A stretch of 64,000 bases of DNA from a virus (lineage: Duplodnaviria; Caudoviricetes), in the IMG/VR virus record IMGVR_UViG_2806310702_000003, positions 1-64,000 of that record; one strand, given 5' to 3'. Below are positions 19,989 to 30,170 of this stretch, one piece after another. The notes below the pieces were generated by a model. That model did no database searches. It had not been told where the DNA came from and saw only the letters and a list, made by a program, of their open reading frames with translations. How positions within the stretch are numbered: position 1 is the stretch's first letter; each line of letters starts with the position of its first letter. Position numbers and translations under genes: made by a program.

Positions 19989-20327
19989 TTATCTATTTTG
20001 TTTCCAAGCCCCTCTACTTCTCCTGTATGTATGTCCCTCCTGCATTAACTTTGAAAAATCTAGAGTACTTTCTTCTTTAAATTCTATTAGTTTTTTCTTG
20101 TATTCTTCATCCTTAGTTAATCTAACTAAATTATTAACTAACATATAGTTTCTAGGTAGCTGCTTCTTAATCGCTAGATCTATAAGTAACTTCCCAGTAT
20201 TAAAATTTTTAATATGTGTATGTCCATATTTAAATTGTTTTTCTATATTTATAACTATAAAATTATTACATACAGGAACTATTATATATTCTTCTTTCTT
20301 ATATACCTGGTTCATAAGTTTCACCAC
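19989..20327 (-). CDS. Hypothetical phage protein
   Basis: 112 aa with GHTH motif; co-oriented with neighbours. Confidence 0.55.
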   Translation of the reverse strand: MVKLMNQVYKKEEYIIVPVCNNFIVINIEKQFKYGHTHIKNFNTGKLLIDLAIKKQLPRNYMLVNNLVRLTKDEEYKKKLIEFKEESTLDFSKLMQEGHTYRRSRGAWKQNR

Positions 20328-20387
20328 CCTTATTTTTTTATGAATAGAATCTCTTAGACTTTTCTAAGTATGTTATATGTATTTATT

Positions 20388-20555
20388 TTATTTAAACAAA
20401 TACATAATAAAAAAATATGACAATGAAATATAAACTAATGTACTAATAAAATTTAATACTCTATCTCTTATCTTCTCTTGTGTAAATGTTTGTATAAGTT
20501 TTATTACTACATTTAAAGTTGTTATAATCAAACCCATCCAAGCCAATATTTTCAT
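20388..20555 (-). CDS. Small two-TM membrane protein
   Basis: MKILAWMGLII... from ATG 20555 with RBS AAGGTG. Confidence 0.55.
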   Translation of the reverse strand: MKILAWMGLIITTLNVVIKLIQTFTQEKIRDRVLNFISTLVYISLSYFFIMYLFK

Positions 20556-20598
20556 AATATCACCTTCTTTTTTTCGTAAATAAAAAACACCTGAAGTT

Positions 20599-21210
20599 TT
20601 AACTCCAAGTGCTATCAAACATTTTTATATATCTATATAAAGTCATTCTGCTAATTCCTAATATCTTAGCCATATCATTTTTAGTTATTTCTTTTTTTAA
20701 TACTTTTTTATAATACTTTTCAAAATCTTTTGGAAGAGTAGCTTTTGGTCTGCCTAACTTCACTCCATTGGCCTTAGCATTTTTCAATCCTTCTTTTACT
20801 CTTCTTTGTATTTTTTCACGTTCTTTCTGTGCTACATATCCCATTATAGAAATAATCATGTCTTGTAATACAGTATATAATAGTTCATCATTTATGCCTT
20901 GTAATATAGGAAGGTCTAATATTACTATTTTAATTTTTTTGTCTTTAAAATATTGAAGTTCTTTTTTTATTTCATCATAATTTCTTCCCAGACGATCTAA
21001 TTCTTTTATTACAATAACATCTCCAGGTCTAACTACTTGTTTCATTATTTTATATTGAGGTCTATCAAAATTTTTTCCAGATATTTTATCCTCAAATATA
21101 CATTCAAATTTTATATTATTATCTTTCTCATAATTTTTTAGAGCATCTAATTGTCTAGCAATATTTTGACTTAAAGTTGAAACTCTTAAATACCCATATA
21201 TTTTACTCAT
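20599..21210 (-). CDS. Serine resolvase/invertase
   Basis: YGYLRVST, DRLGRN, GRP, C-terminal HTH ISRMTLYRY. Confidence 0.93.
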   Translation of the reverse strand: MSKIYGYLRVSTLSQNIARQLDALKNYEKDNNIKFECIFEDKISGKNFDRPQYKIMKQVVRPGDVIVIKELDRLGRNYDEIKKELQYFKDKKIKIVILDLPILQGINDELLYTVLQDMIISIMGYVAQKEREKIQRRVKEGLKNAKANGVKLGRPKATLPKDFEKYYKKVLKKEITKNDMAKILGISRMTLYRYIKMFDSTWS

Positions 21211-21241
21211 ATTATCCCTCCTAGTATAATTTTATTATACT

Positions 21242-21372
21242 ATGTAACATAAAACTTTTAAATCTTTATGTTACATTTAAAGAGGTTTATAATTGAGTTT
21301 TTATGTTAATTCATTGATATATATACATTGTAAGTAACATATAAAATATCTATAGTTTTTTGATACATAAAA
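21242..21372. other. res-like site upstream of the resolvase
   Basis: Perfect 12-bp IR ATGTAACATAAA (21242-21253)/TTTATGTTACAT (21265-21276) plus related half-sites near 21300, 21335, 21362. Confidence 0.6.
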
Positions 21373-21401
21373 AACACTAGTTAGATAATAACTAGTGTTT
21401 T
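21371..21401. terminator. Intrinsic terminator
   Basis: AAAACACTAGTTA/TAACTAGTGTTTT stem flanked by A/T tracts. Confidence 0.75.
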
Positions 21402-21491
21402 TATGGAATTTTGTTGGCGTAAATATTTATTTTTCTCACAATATAATTATAACATTTATTCTTAATTTTAAAATTCATTTTTAATGCATTT

Positions 21492-22019
21492 TTAATGCAC
21501 GTTTTTTAATAGTTCTTCCCATCTTGCAACATCTTCTACCAGCCTTTGTCTTTGTCTTGTAGCTGTAGATTGTGCCATCCCTAGTTCTTCTCCAACTTGC
21601 CAATCCTTTTTACTCTCTCCATACTTTAACTTTAAAAATGATTTATCTTCTTCACATAAGTCTTTTACATTAAGTTCAATTATTATATTGTCTGCTTCTA
21701 TGCTTCTTATTTCTTCTTCTAGTTCACTTATTTCTTCTTCTTTTCTTGCCTTTTCTTTTATAAGTCTATCATTAATTCTTATAAGTGTTCTTTCCGCATA
21801 GCTTGAATAATCACTTGATGTTTGTACCTTTTCTTCATATGTTATTGCTCTGCTTTCTTCTGGAATATCAATATCTACATTTTTTATTTTTCTCTCAATC
21901 TCCACTATCTGATTTTTTAATAAAATTATCTTTCTTTTCAAGCTTTCTATTTTTCTATCTTTTCCAAAATAATTGTATAGCTTTTTTTCAGTCTTTCTAA
22001 AAATATCTTTATCTATCAT
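21492..22019 (-). CDS. ArpU/RinA-like late transcription regulator
   Basis: Coiled-coil N-terminus and sigma-4-like HTH (WQVGEELGMAQST); last early gene before packaging. Confidence 0.7.
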   Translation of the reverse strand: MIDKDIFRKTEKKLYNYFGKDRKIESLKRKIILLKNQIVEIERKIKNVDIDIPEESRAITYEEKVQTSSDYSSYAERTLIRINDRLIKEKARKEEEISELEEEIRSIEADNIIIELNVKDLCEEDKSFLKLKYGESKKDWQVGEELGMAQSTATRQRQRLVEDVARWEELLKNVH

Positions 22020-22177
22020 AAATTTCCCCCATTATTTTTTATCTATTTCTATTAGATCTGGTCTATTTAATTTTTCAGTATCTTCTTTTGTATTGTCTTT
22101 AACTACAACTAAAATTAATGCTTCTAAAAAAATTACTATTCCAGATATAACAACCAATGCTGCTAATGCCCACGCCA

Positions 22178-22360
22178 TCAATTACACCTCCTCAGAACTT
22201 GTCCACTAAGGCTATATATAATTTTATTTTTAAAATCTATTTTTGCTTTTACTCTTTTTCCTTCTTTTAAGTAGATGCAAGATACTCCATGTACATAATC
22301 TTCCTCAAACAGTTTTAATTCTCCATCTAGTAACTTATTTAGTTTTTCCCTCCATTCCAC
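22178..22360 (-). CDS. Hypothetical phage protein
   Basis: 60 aa with RBS AAGGA. Confidence 0.55.
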   Translation of the reverse strand: MEWREKLNKLLDGELKLFEEDYVHGVSCIYLKEGKRVKAKIDFKNKIIYSLSGQVLRRCN

Positions 22361-22760
22361 ATCCTTCTCCCCCTTAAAATCCTTATATATGTTCCATTAT
22401 TGATTTTCTTATATCTATTAATTCCTTTATTCTTTTCTTATTTCTTTTAGAGCCTTTGCGCTGTTCTTTTAATATTTCTTTTCCTAAATTGCAATATTTT
22501 TTAGCATTCATCTTATAGTAAGAATTATCTTTTACATCTTTCCAATTCCTATATTTAATCATCTTATACCCTCATTTTTAGTTCTTGGTACTTCCAACCC
22601 TTACTCTCTTTTACTACTCCACCTTTAACTACTTCTTTTTTCTCCTTCTTCTCTTTTTTCTTTTCCTCCATTTCTTCTCCCCCAAATCACTATCATTTGA
22701 ATGTCATATGAGAATATGATTTTATAACAATACTCTCATATGACATTAGTATCTATTAAA

Positions 22761-23321
22761 TTAATATCCCTGCTCCTGTCTCCTGTAGTTTTCTTTATGT
22801 TTCTTTAAGTAAGCTTCTTGTAACTCTTCTAATGTAAATCCCATCATTAAAATGCTATATGCTAATTCTACAATAACTATTAACCATTTTTCTTTTTCTG
22901 CATATTGAAATAATAAATTAAATTGAATTATTAATTTTTCTCTCAATACAGTGTAATCACTTTCTTTTTTTATATCTAAACCTTTTGAAATCATATTGTT
23001 TGTCTTTTCCAGCTTTACAGTTTCTATATTTTCTAAATTTATAATACTTAATATAAAATGTAATACATCTGCTGCTTCATCCAAAATACGTTCCTTGCTT
23101 TCTGGTCCCTTATTGCTCCAATATTTAAAACAGCGTGTTGCATTTGCTAATTCAGCTATTTCTACCTTTAAAGCTAAAATTCTACTTTTTAAAAACTTTT
23201 TATCATACGGATCTCCTAATTCTTTTTCTTTAGATATAAAACTGTCTAACTTTTTTTGCATACTTGCTAACTTTATTAAATCCACAACTGTTCCCCCTAT
23301 CCTATATGTGCCATACCACAA
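22761..23321 (-). CDS. Dimeric all-alpha dUTPase
   Basis: VEIAELAN..RCFKYWS, DEAADVLHF, AYLKKHKENYRRQ. Confidence 0.88.
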   Translation of the reverse strand: MWYGTYRIGGTVVDLIKLASMQKKLDSFISKEKELGDPYDKKFLKSRILALKVEIAELANATRCFKYWSNKGPESKERILDEAADVLHFILSIINLENIETVKLEKTNNMISKGLDIKKESDYTVLREKLIIQFNLLFQYAEKEKWLIVIVELAYSILMMGFTLEELQEAYLKKHKENYRRQEQGY

Positions 23322-23698
23322 TAAAAATCTCTTATTAAAAAGCTTTCTTTATAGTGTTTTGATTGAACTGTTATAAAGTTTTTATTTTTACTTATAACCT
23401 TTCCTCTAAGCTTATTTATTTGCTTGTATTCTCTAGTTGTAATTAATACTTTTTCTCCAATATTAATTTTAAAATTAAATTCTTTCATTTTTCTTCTTCC
23501 GTTACTCTCTAGTTTTGCTTCTGCTCTAAGCATTTTTATATCTCTACTTTCTTTTTTATTTAACCCAATTGTTTTAGCTTTCGCAGCAACAGCATTAACA
23601 CTCCTATTAAGTTTTCTTGCTAATTTTTCATAAGTCATTATATTAATATTATCTTCTAAAAATCTCTCTTGTTCTTCTGTCCAAGTCTTTTTCCCCAT
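23297..23698 (-). CDS. Hypothetical protein with Myb-like HTH N-terminus
   Basis: WTEEQERFL...LARKLNRSVNAV. Confidence 0.6.
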   Translation of the reverse strand: MGKKTWTEEQERFLEDNINIMTYEKLARKLNRSVNAVAAKAKTIGLNKKESRDIKMLRAEAKLESNGRRKMKEFNFKINIGEKVLITTREYKQINKLRGKVISKNKNFITVQSKHYKESFLIRDFYCGMAHIG

Positions 23699-23809
23699 TT
23701 TCTTTTCTCCTTTCTTTCACTATAGCTATAGCAAAATTTACTGCATGCCCTTTGTTGTATAATCTTATAACTTCATCTATCTCGCTTTTCAATTCCATAT
23801 ACTCATCTC

Positions 23810-24217
23810 CTAAAATGGTGTATCTTCTCCATCATTTACTGGTATTACATCAGGATCCAAATATTCTTCACTTGAACTAGAACCAGTACTTTGACTACTA
23901 TTTTTAGAATCTAAGAACTGTACTTCATCAGCCACTATTTCAGTTATATATCTTTTATTTCCATCTTTAGCTTCATAGCTTCTAGTACGTATAGAACCAC
24001 TTACCCCAATTTTACTTCCTTTTCTAACATAGTTTGCTGTGTTCTCCGCTATTTTTCCCCAAACTACGATAGGTAAAAAATCTGCTTCTGGTTGGCCATC
24101 TTTTTTATATCTACGATTTACAGCTAATATAAATTTAGTTACTGCCTTGCCAGCTCCTGGTGTAAATTGCAGTTCTGGATCCTTAGTTGGTCTCCCAATA
24201 AGTACAACTCTATTCAT
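23810..24217 (-). CDS. ssb: Single-stranded DNA-binding protein
   Basis: [18 protein letters not shown], acidic DTPF tail. Confidence 0.95.
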   Translation of the reverse strand: MNRVVLIGRPTKDPELQFTPGAGKAVTKFILAVNRRYKKDGQPEADFLPIVVWGKIAENTANYVRKGSKIGVSGSIRTRSYEAKDGNKRYITEIVADEVQFLDSKNSSQSTGSSSSEEYLDPDVIPVNDGEDTPF

Positions 24218-24228
24218 TGTATTTCCCC

Positions 24229-25266
24229 CTACTTTTCTATATAATTTGAAACATGTTTTATAACCATATTTATAGTGCCATCACCATTTCTCTTTATTTC
24301 AAATCTGCTATTATCGTTATAAGCATCTTCATTTAAATAAATATCTATATCCTTATCAATTTTAAGTCTTATTCTTTTAAACTTCTTATCCACCCATTCT
24401 TTATCTACAGCTACTTTTTCAACTCCGCCTTCTTCTTTAATAAAATTTACAAAGCTTTCTTTACCAACCGTTTCATCTCCAAACAACTCTTCAGCAATTT
24501 CTTTTACGTCAAACTCTTCTTTCTCTTTTAATTTATCTTTTATAGTCTTTCTAACCTTTTCTTGCATTTCTGCATTTTCTTTTAAATTTGTCCTTGTCCA
24601 TCTTTCTGCTGCATGAACAAAACTTTTTGTTAAATCTCTTTCGTTATTTATTAATTTGCATCCTAAATAATAGTTTGTAAAATAACTAGATCCATATTCT
24701 TCACTTTTCTTATTTTTAGTTTGTTTATCTATGACCATAAGATCATATTCATTATCATCTCTAATTGGCTTAATAAAAGCACATTTATTTATTTTTTGCC
24801 CACTTGCTGGTAATCCTGTATGTTGTGAAATTATATTAATATCTATTTTTTCATCTATAACCTCTACTGTGTGAAAATAACTTTTTACATAATCCATTTT
24901 CATAACTCCAAGCATTGAACCATACTCTGTAGATATATGAACCACAACAAAGTCACATGATGATATACTTCCTTTTGACCTCATGAGTATAAACATTTGT
25001 TTTGCAAGCTCTTTTGAAGCTTCTAAAAAATCACACTCTTTATTTAAAAATTCCTGTGAAATATCTTTAACAATATTTCTTTCCTTATTAAAAACAGCAT
25101 ATTTAAGTTCTTCATCTTTAAAACATTTTTGTATATGCTTAGTTAAAAATGTATATACCTCATCATTTAACTCTAACTTATAACCATTTAAAATTGGTTC
25201 ATCAGCATTGTTATCAAGAACATGTACCACAGCTTCATTTATGGTTACGTCATTTATATACTCCAT
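24229..25266 (-). CDS. Nucleoid-associated (NdpA/YejK-like) protein
   Basis: AVVHVLD...GVMKMDY...[14 protein letters not shown]; 345 aa. Confidence 0.7.
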   Translation of the reverse strand: MEYINDVTINEAVVHVLDNNADEPILNGYKLELNDEVYTFLTKHIQKCFKDEELKYAVFNKERNIVKDISQEFLNKECDFLEASKELAKQMFILMRSKGSISSCDFVVVHISTEYGSMLGVMKMDYVKSYFHTVEVIDEKIDINIISQHTGLPASGQKINKCAFIKPIRDDNEYDLMVIDKQTKNKKSEEYGSSYFTNYYLGCKLINNERDLTKSFVHAAERWTRTNLKENAEMQEKVRKTIKDKLKEKEEFDVKEIAEELFGDETVGKESFVNFIKEEGGVEKVAVDKEWVDKKFKRIRLKIDKDIDIYLNEDAYNDNSRFEIKRNGDGTINMVIKHVSNYIEK

Positions 25267-25547
25267 TACTTTTCACTCCTTTTAACATTAGGATCTATCA
25301 ATTTTAATTGAAGCCCCCTGAAGGATAACCCCATGAATTCGCTACTTATATGATGCTTTAACTCTTCTTTTGCTCCAGTTACATCTAAATCTTTCTTAAA
25401 GTCTTCTAAGCTTTTGTTATTGTTAAAGCTAACTTCCATGTTGTTTTTCACATTTCTATTAACTTTTTTTATTTCTTTAGTTATTACTGCTCCAGTTGTA
25501 ACTATTGCTGCTGCATTTACTAATAATGCAATTGCTACTATGTTCAT
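25266..25547 (-). CDS. Hypothetical protein with N-terminal TM segment
   Basis: 93 aa, translationally coupled. Confidence 0.55.
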   Translation of the reverse strand: MNIVAIALLVNAAAIVTTGAVITKEIKKVNRNVKNNMEVSFNNNKSLEDFKKDLDVTGAKEELKHHISSEFMGLSFRGLQLKLIDPNVKRSEK

Positions 25548-25796
25548 TTATATTTCCTCCTTTAATTTTTGTAAACATTCCTTACAAATGTTCTTGCCTT
25601 TATAGTTAATTACATCTCTAGCATTTCCACAGAATATACAAGCTGGCTGATACTTCTTTAAAATTATCTGTTCTCCTTCAATAAAAATTTCCATGCTTGT
25701 TTCATTTTCAGCAATATCTAAAGTTCTTCTTAATTCTTTTGGTAAAACAACCCTGCCTAGCTGGTCCACTTTTCTAACTACTCCTGTATTTTTCAT
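25548..25796 (-). CDS. abrB: AbrB-family transition-state regulator
   Basis: MKNTGVVRKVDQLGRVVLPKELRRTL with C-terminal CIFC/ICKEC. Confidence 0.92.
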   Translation of the reverse strand: MKNTGVVRKVDQLGRVVLPKELRRTLDIAENETSMEIFIEGEQIILKKYQPACIFCGNARDVINYKGKNICKECLQKLKEEI

Positions 25797-26044
25797 TTTT
25801 AATCCTCCTATTTACATTTTTATATTAAATTTTAGGCTATCGTACTAAACATATAATTTTTATTAGTCTACTTCCTCATTTAACCATTCCAATTGTGCTT
25901 TATGTCTTTCTTTCCACCATGCTAAATCAATATCATAATTTTCTTGTATATATGCAATTATCATTTTGAGAGATTGTTCTTCAGCACCTTCTTGTACATT
26001 AAGCTCTTTATTAAACCACTCATATCTTTTCATATTTTACCCTC

Positions 26045-26395
26045 TTATTTTGCATAAAGTATGCCACCCATACATGTCTTTACAATCTCCATATTCTCAT
26101 AACCTTCTTTTTTCCAATTTAAATTTCTAACAAGATTATCTACATCTTCTCTATCTATTCTTAAAAGTTGTTCTATCTCATCCTTGTGATAATATTTCTT
26201 GCTAAATAATTTAAATAGCTTCTTTTGCAAATACAGCTTAGATCTAACATCTAGTGCATATCTACTATGTTTAGAGCATAAACATACTTTATTTATTGGT
26301 GCTTGTGACATTACACTGCATTGATTTCTTTTTATTATGTCATGTACCTTTATGTCTAAATTTTTTCCACAAACCTTACACTGTTCCATTATCAA
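26045..26395 (-). CDS. Degenerate HNH/Zn-binding phage protein
   Basis: CKVC...H...LCSKH. Confidence 0.5.
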   Translation of the reverse strand: MIMEQCKVCGKNLDIKVHDIIKRNQCSVMSQAPINKVCLCSKHSRYALDVRSKLYLQKKLFKLFSKKYYHKDEIEQLLRIDREDVDNLVRNLNWKKEGYENMEIVKTCMGGILYAK

Positions 26396-26408
26396 ATTTC
26401 ACCTTCCT

Positions 26409-26879
26409 TTATTTTTGCGAATTAAATTTCATGAAAACTAACCAATGCGTCTTTGCTCTTTTATTTCCCAATAAAGGTTTATGATCTATAACCTTTAAAA
26501 TTTCTTTTAGCTTTATTTGTTCCTCATTCCACTTAAAAATTAATACTCCATAGTTGTCTAAAACTCTCATGCATTCTTCAAACCCTTTTTTAATATCTAT
26601 TGGCCAATCATTATTTAACTTTCCATATTTCTTGGCCAACCAAGAATTTTCTCCAACTTTAATTAAATGTGGTGGATCAAAAACTACTAGCTTGAAAGTA
26701 TTATCTTTATATGGAATATGTCTAAAATCTCCTACCACATCTGGTTTAATTATTAATTTTCTTCCGTCACATAATGTATCTTCCAATTCTCTATTATCCA
26801 TAAAAATTGCATCTTTATTTTCTTTATCAAACCAAAACATTCTGCTTCCACAACATACATCTAATATAGGCTTTTCCAA
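26409..26879 (-). CDS. SAM-dependent (amino-)DNA methyltransferase-like protein
   Basis: ILDVCCGSRMFWF SAM motif and DPPH catalytic motif. Confidence 0.85.
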   Translation of the reverse strand: MEKPILDVCCGSRMFWFDKENKDAIFMDNRELEDTLCDGRKLIIKPDVVGDFRHIPYKDNTFKLVVFDPPHLIKVGENSWLAKKYGKLNNDWPIDIKKGFEECMRVLDNYGVLIFKWNEEQIKLKEILKVIDHKPLLGNKRAKTHWLVFMKFNSQK

Positions 26880-26901
26880 ACTCTCACCCCTTCACAATCT
26901 A

Positions 26902-27498
26902 CTATTTTTGTACATGTTTATTTACTTCTGATATCTTCTTATATATATCTGCTATAAGAATTCCTGTTCTTGTTAAATTAGCATCGTTTTTTATTAACTT
27001 CTTTTTATTCAATATTAATAACTGGTGTTTTGACACTAATATTAAATTATTAATATTAAAATTAGCTCTGTTACCATCTCCAAATATGATCATATGTCCT
27101 TTGGGAATTGGACCATTATGTTTTTCCCAAATTAGATGGTGTTTTAATCTCCATTTATTTGGTTCTTTTATTTTAATTTCTGTATATCCATCTGCTGTTA
27201 TTCTTTCACTTCCTACTTCTTTGTGGTTATGGGGTTTATGTCCATTTTTAAACCATGTTTTTTCGCAGCCTTTGTTGTATACACCCTTAATTCCTTTATT
27301 CCATGGTTTATAACCTTTTGGGAATTGCCCAGTTAATCCACTTTTAAGTTTATGTCTTTTTTTAAAAGCTTCTATCTGGTTAATTGTTAAATTCAATAAA
27401 AAATGTTTGTTAAATTTAGCAGTAAGTTCCTTGGTGCTTATACCTTTAACATTGTTTTTTATAAAATCCGACTGTTCTGCTGTAAATACATGAGCCAC
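26902..27498 (-). CDS. HNH endonuclease
   Basis: PWNKG repeat, KHHLIWE..GPIP..FGDGNRAN..NL. Confidence 0.8.
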   Translation of the reverse strand: MAHVFTAEQSDFIKNNVKGISTKELTAKFNKHFLLNLTINQIEAFKKRHKLKSGLTGQFPKGYKPWNKGIKGVYNKGCEKTWFKNGHKPHNHKEVGSERITADGYTEIKIKEPNKWRLKHHLIWEKHNGPIPKGHMIIFGDGNRANFNINNLILVSKHQLLILNKKKLIKNDANLTRTGILIADIYKKISEVNKHVQK

Positions 27499-27500
27499 TT

Positions 27501-27734
27501 TTATCCCTCCAGCATTTTAGGTAATTCTGTAGTTTCTCTTCCTAATGTTTCAGCTTGTACTTTTTTAGCGTTTAAAATTAATACTCCATTACTTATTATC
27601 TTATTAGCTACATCTGTAACTGCTTTTGCTCTGTTTATCTCTTGTTTTAATTCTTCTCCTGTTAAATCTTCATCACTCAATCTTTCTAATTGAGCAAATA
27701 AATGATTATTTAAATCACCAAGTGTGTTTCTCAT
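27501..27734 (-). CDS. Conserved phage hypothetical protein
   Basis: MRNTLGDLNNHLFAQLERL, a recurring phage motif; strong RBS. Confidence 0.7.
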   Translation of the reverse strand: MRNTLGDLNNHLFAQLERLSDEDLTGEELKQEINRAKAVTDVANKIISNGVLILNAKKVQAETLGRETTELPKMLEG

Positions 27735-28108
27735 AATACCTCCTATAACTATTTTAGTTTCTTTTTGTGCGAAATTACTTGTTTTTGTAAGTAAAAAATT
27801 TGCTATTTTTTAAGCATTCTTTCTTAGTTGTTACAGAAATGTTTAACTGCTTTCGAATAGCTTGTACTACAAGTATAACAAACTATATTGTCTTTGTTAA
27901 ATGCTATTTAAGCATTTTGAAGGTATTAATACATTAAAAAGAGTTATTTGAACTAAATAGCTTGTATTTTCTTTTAATATAGCGAAATTACTTTCTTTTT
28001 TTATTGAATTGGTGTTTATAGGTATGATATAATGTTCTTGCGGCATACTTTATAATAAAGTATACTGATTTATAAAATAATTTGATATAAAGAAAAGAGA
28101 GGGTTACA

Positions 28109-28522
28109 ATGGCAATTTTAAAGAAGGAAAGTAAAAAAAGTGAAATGAAAACATTAGGACAGAAAATAAGGGAACAGAGAAAATCAAAGGGTTTGACAAT
28201 AAGAGATTTAGCACAACTTTGTGAAGTATCATCTTCATTTATAGGTTCTATAGAACGAGGTGATAATATGCCTAGCATGATAAGAATTAAGCAATTAGCA
28301 CACATACTAGGTCTAAGCATAACTTATTTACTAGGTGAAAAAGAAATGGAGATAAATGAAAAAGAAGTGCTTGATCGTTTAAAAGATGGAAATGACAATT
28401 ATGAAAATTTCTTAAAAAATCATGTATTTCCTAACGGATTAACTTATGACCAAATGTGTGATAAAATAAAAACATTTGAGCAGTTCCAAATTTTACTTGA
28501 AAATGCAAATAAAAAGAAATAA
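28109..28522 (+). CDS. XRE-family HTH repressor (CI-like)
   Basis: LGQKIREQRKSKGLTIRDLAQ..VSSSFIGSIERG; divergent from early genes. Confidence 0.88.
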   Translation: MAILKKESKKSEMKTLGQKIREQRKSKGLTIRDLAQLCEVSSSFIGSIERGDNMPSMIRIKQLAHILGLSITYLLGEKEMEINEKEVLDRLKDGNDNYENFLKNHVFPNGLTYDQMCDKIKTFEQFQILLENANKKK

Positions 28523-28593
28523 TATATAAAATTAAACATACAGAAATAGGACAAGTTGAAAAATAACTTTATCCTATTTCTTTTTTTATTAAA

Positions 28594-29553
28594 TTATTTT
28601 TTATTATCATACCATCCTAATAATTTTTTTTCTAAATCATTATAATCATAAGAACGCTGCTCGTAGTTATTAAATGAATCAACATTATTTTCTTTTTTAT
28701 CTTCAACAATTATATTGGTTGTATTTTGCTTATCGATATTATTTAATGTCGCAAGTAAATAGGTATCATAATTTTTTATATCCGTAGAAACTGTAGAAGC
28801 AGTTATTATTGCTTTTGCTATATTCATATAATCATATACTAATAGTAATTTTTCTATAGTAGTACGTTTAACTTTATAATTACATTTTTGAGCAATACAT
28901 AAAATGTATTTAATCTTTTCTTCTTCATCTGTAGAAGAAGAAGATTTATTATCAGTATTTGTTATATTTTTAGTATTAGTATTAATAAGTATTTGTTGTC
29001 CTTCCTTTTCTATATATAGTTTTTCTACTTGTACCTTTTGGGAAAGTAGTTCAAACGCAGATGTTTCCTTGCTTTCTTCTAGTTTTCCCTTTTGGCAAAG
29101 TAGTATTTCTTCTCTTTCAAGCACAATAGGAATTTGTCTTGTAAATTTACCTACAGTTATTTTTTTAGTTACTATGTTTCCAGTTTCATCTTTTAGATAC
29201 TTTTCTTTTACAGAAGCAATAATAAGATGATCCTCAAAAGGTTCTTCTGATACTAGAGTTTCCCAATGATGAACCTTGCCTGTTTCCATATCGTACACTC
29301 TATACCTTTGCATATATTTGTTTTCTATTAATTCATTTATTCCACTTCTAACTGATTTTTCTTTATCTCCAAAACGGATTAAGTCTGATATATACACTTG
29401 CCAATCATTCGGTTTTGAAAGAATATATGTAGCTATTCCAAGTGCTTTATATGATAAATTTTTATTATTTATTAGATTATTTGAGATTTGAGCGAATTTA
29501 TCTTCCTTTTTTGCTTTTCTAAAGATGCTTTGATTTAAATTGTTTATTGACAT
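28594..29553 (-). CDS. Replication initiator protein
   Basis: wHTH N-terminus (LSYKALGI..YILSKP.DW) and C-terminal FNNYEQRSYDYNDLEKKLLGW typical of clostridial phage Rep. Confidence 0.8.
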   Translation of the reverse strand: MSINNLNQSIFRKAKKEDKFAQISNNLINNKNLSYKALGIATYILSKPNDWQVYISDLIRFGDKEKSVRSGINELIENKYMQRYRVYDMETGKVHHWETLVSEEPFEDHLIIASVKEKYLKDETGNIVTKKITVGKFTRQIPIVLEREEILLCQKGKLEESKETSAFELLSQKVQVEKLYIEKEGQQILINTNTKNITNTDNKSSSSTDEEEKIKYILCIAQKCNYKVKRTTIEKLLLVYDYMNIAKAIITASTVSTDIKNYDTYLLATLNNIDKQNTTNIIVEDKKENNVDSFNNYEQRSYDYNDLEKKLLGWYDNKK

Positions 29554-29618
29554 AAAAAGTCCTCCTATTATGTATCTAAAAAAGCTTACACAAATAAGAG
29601 GTTTTTACCTAAAATCTA

Positions 29619-29647
29619 TTGACTATTATATATACATATAATATAAT
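29619..29647 (+). promoter_or_regulatory. Sigma-A promoter pointing away from rep
   Basis: TTGACT-17 bp-TATAAT. Confidence 0.8.
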
Positions 29648-29653
29648 TATGTA

Positions 29654-29749
29654 TATAATAAGTATATAGAAAAAGGTTAAACCTTTATTGTGCATCCGTA
29701 TCAATTTTAGCGGTCAAACTAATGGATTGATACGGGTTTGTTCTTTTTT
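29654..29749 (+). ncRNA. Putative antisense copy-control RNA (~95 nt)
   Basis: Lies between the promoter and a CCGTATCAAT/ATTGATACGG hairpin with T tract; antisense to the rep leader. Confidence 0.6.
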
Positions 29750-29912
29750 GATATTTATTTTTTATTTTCGATTATTTTTGTATTTATATTGTAATTTTAC
29801 AACATAATATAATAGTTTGTAAAGCGCTAGTTAAAAAACTGGTGCTTTTATTTTTATTTTACTTTTTATGGGATTTATTATAACATAGTAGATATAGATG
29901 TTATTAATATTC

Positions 29913-30150
29913 TATTATAAATCTATTAGGAAAATATCAAGCACACATTTTATAAAAACTTAATATTATAATTATTATAAATCTATCAGAAAGCTATCAT
30001 ATTTATACTTGGAATTAGTTATAAATATGATACAAACTTTATTTTAATAGAAAAACAATGAAAATATATTAGAAATATGTTGAATAAGTAGCATAAAAAA
30101 TATATACTATAAGTATTATTAGAATAAAAATAGTTTTCTAATAGAAATAT
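29913..30150 (+). repeat. parC-like repeats upstream of parM
   Basis: TATTATAAATCTAT at 29913 and 29973 (60-bp spacing) plus degenerate TATTAGAA/AATAGAAA copies. Confidence 0.5.
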
Positions 30151-30170
30151 ATTAAATTGGGGGAAGTAAT

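Noticed and set aside
27988-28320. 110-aa minus-strand ORF as a cro-like gene
   Set aside because: Antisense to the XRE repressor and has no HTH signature
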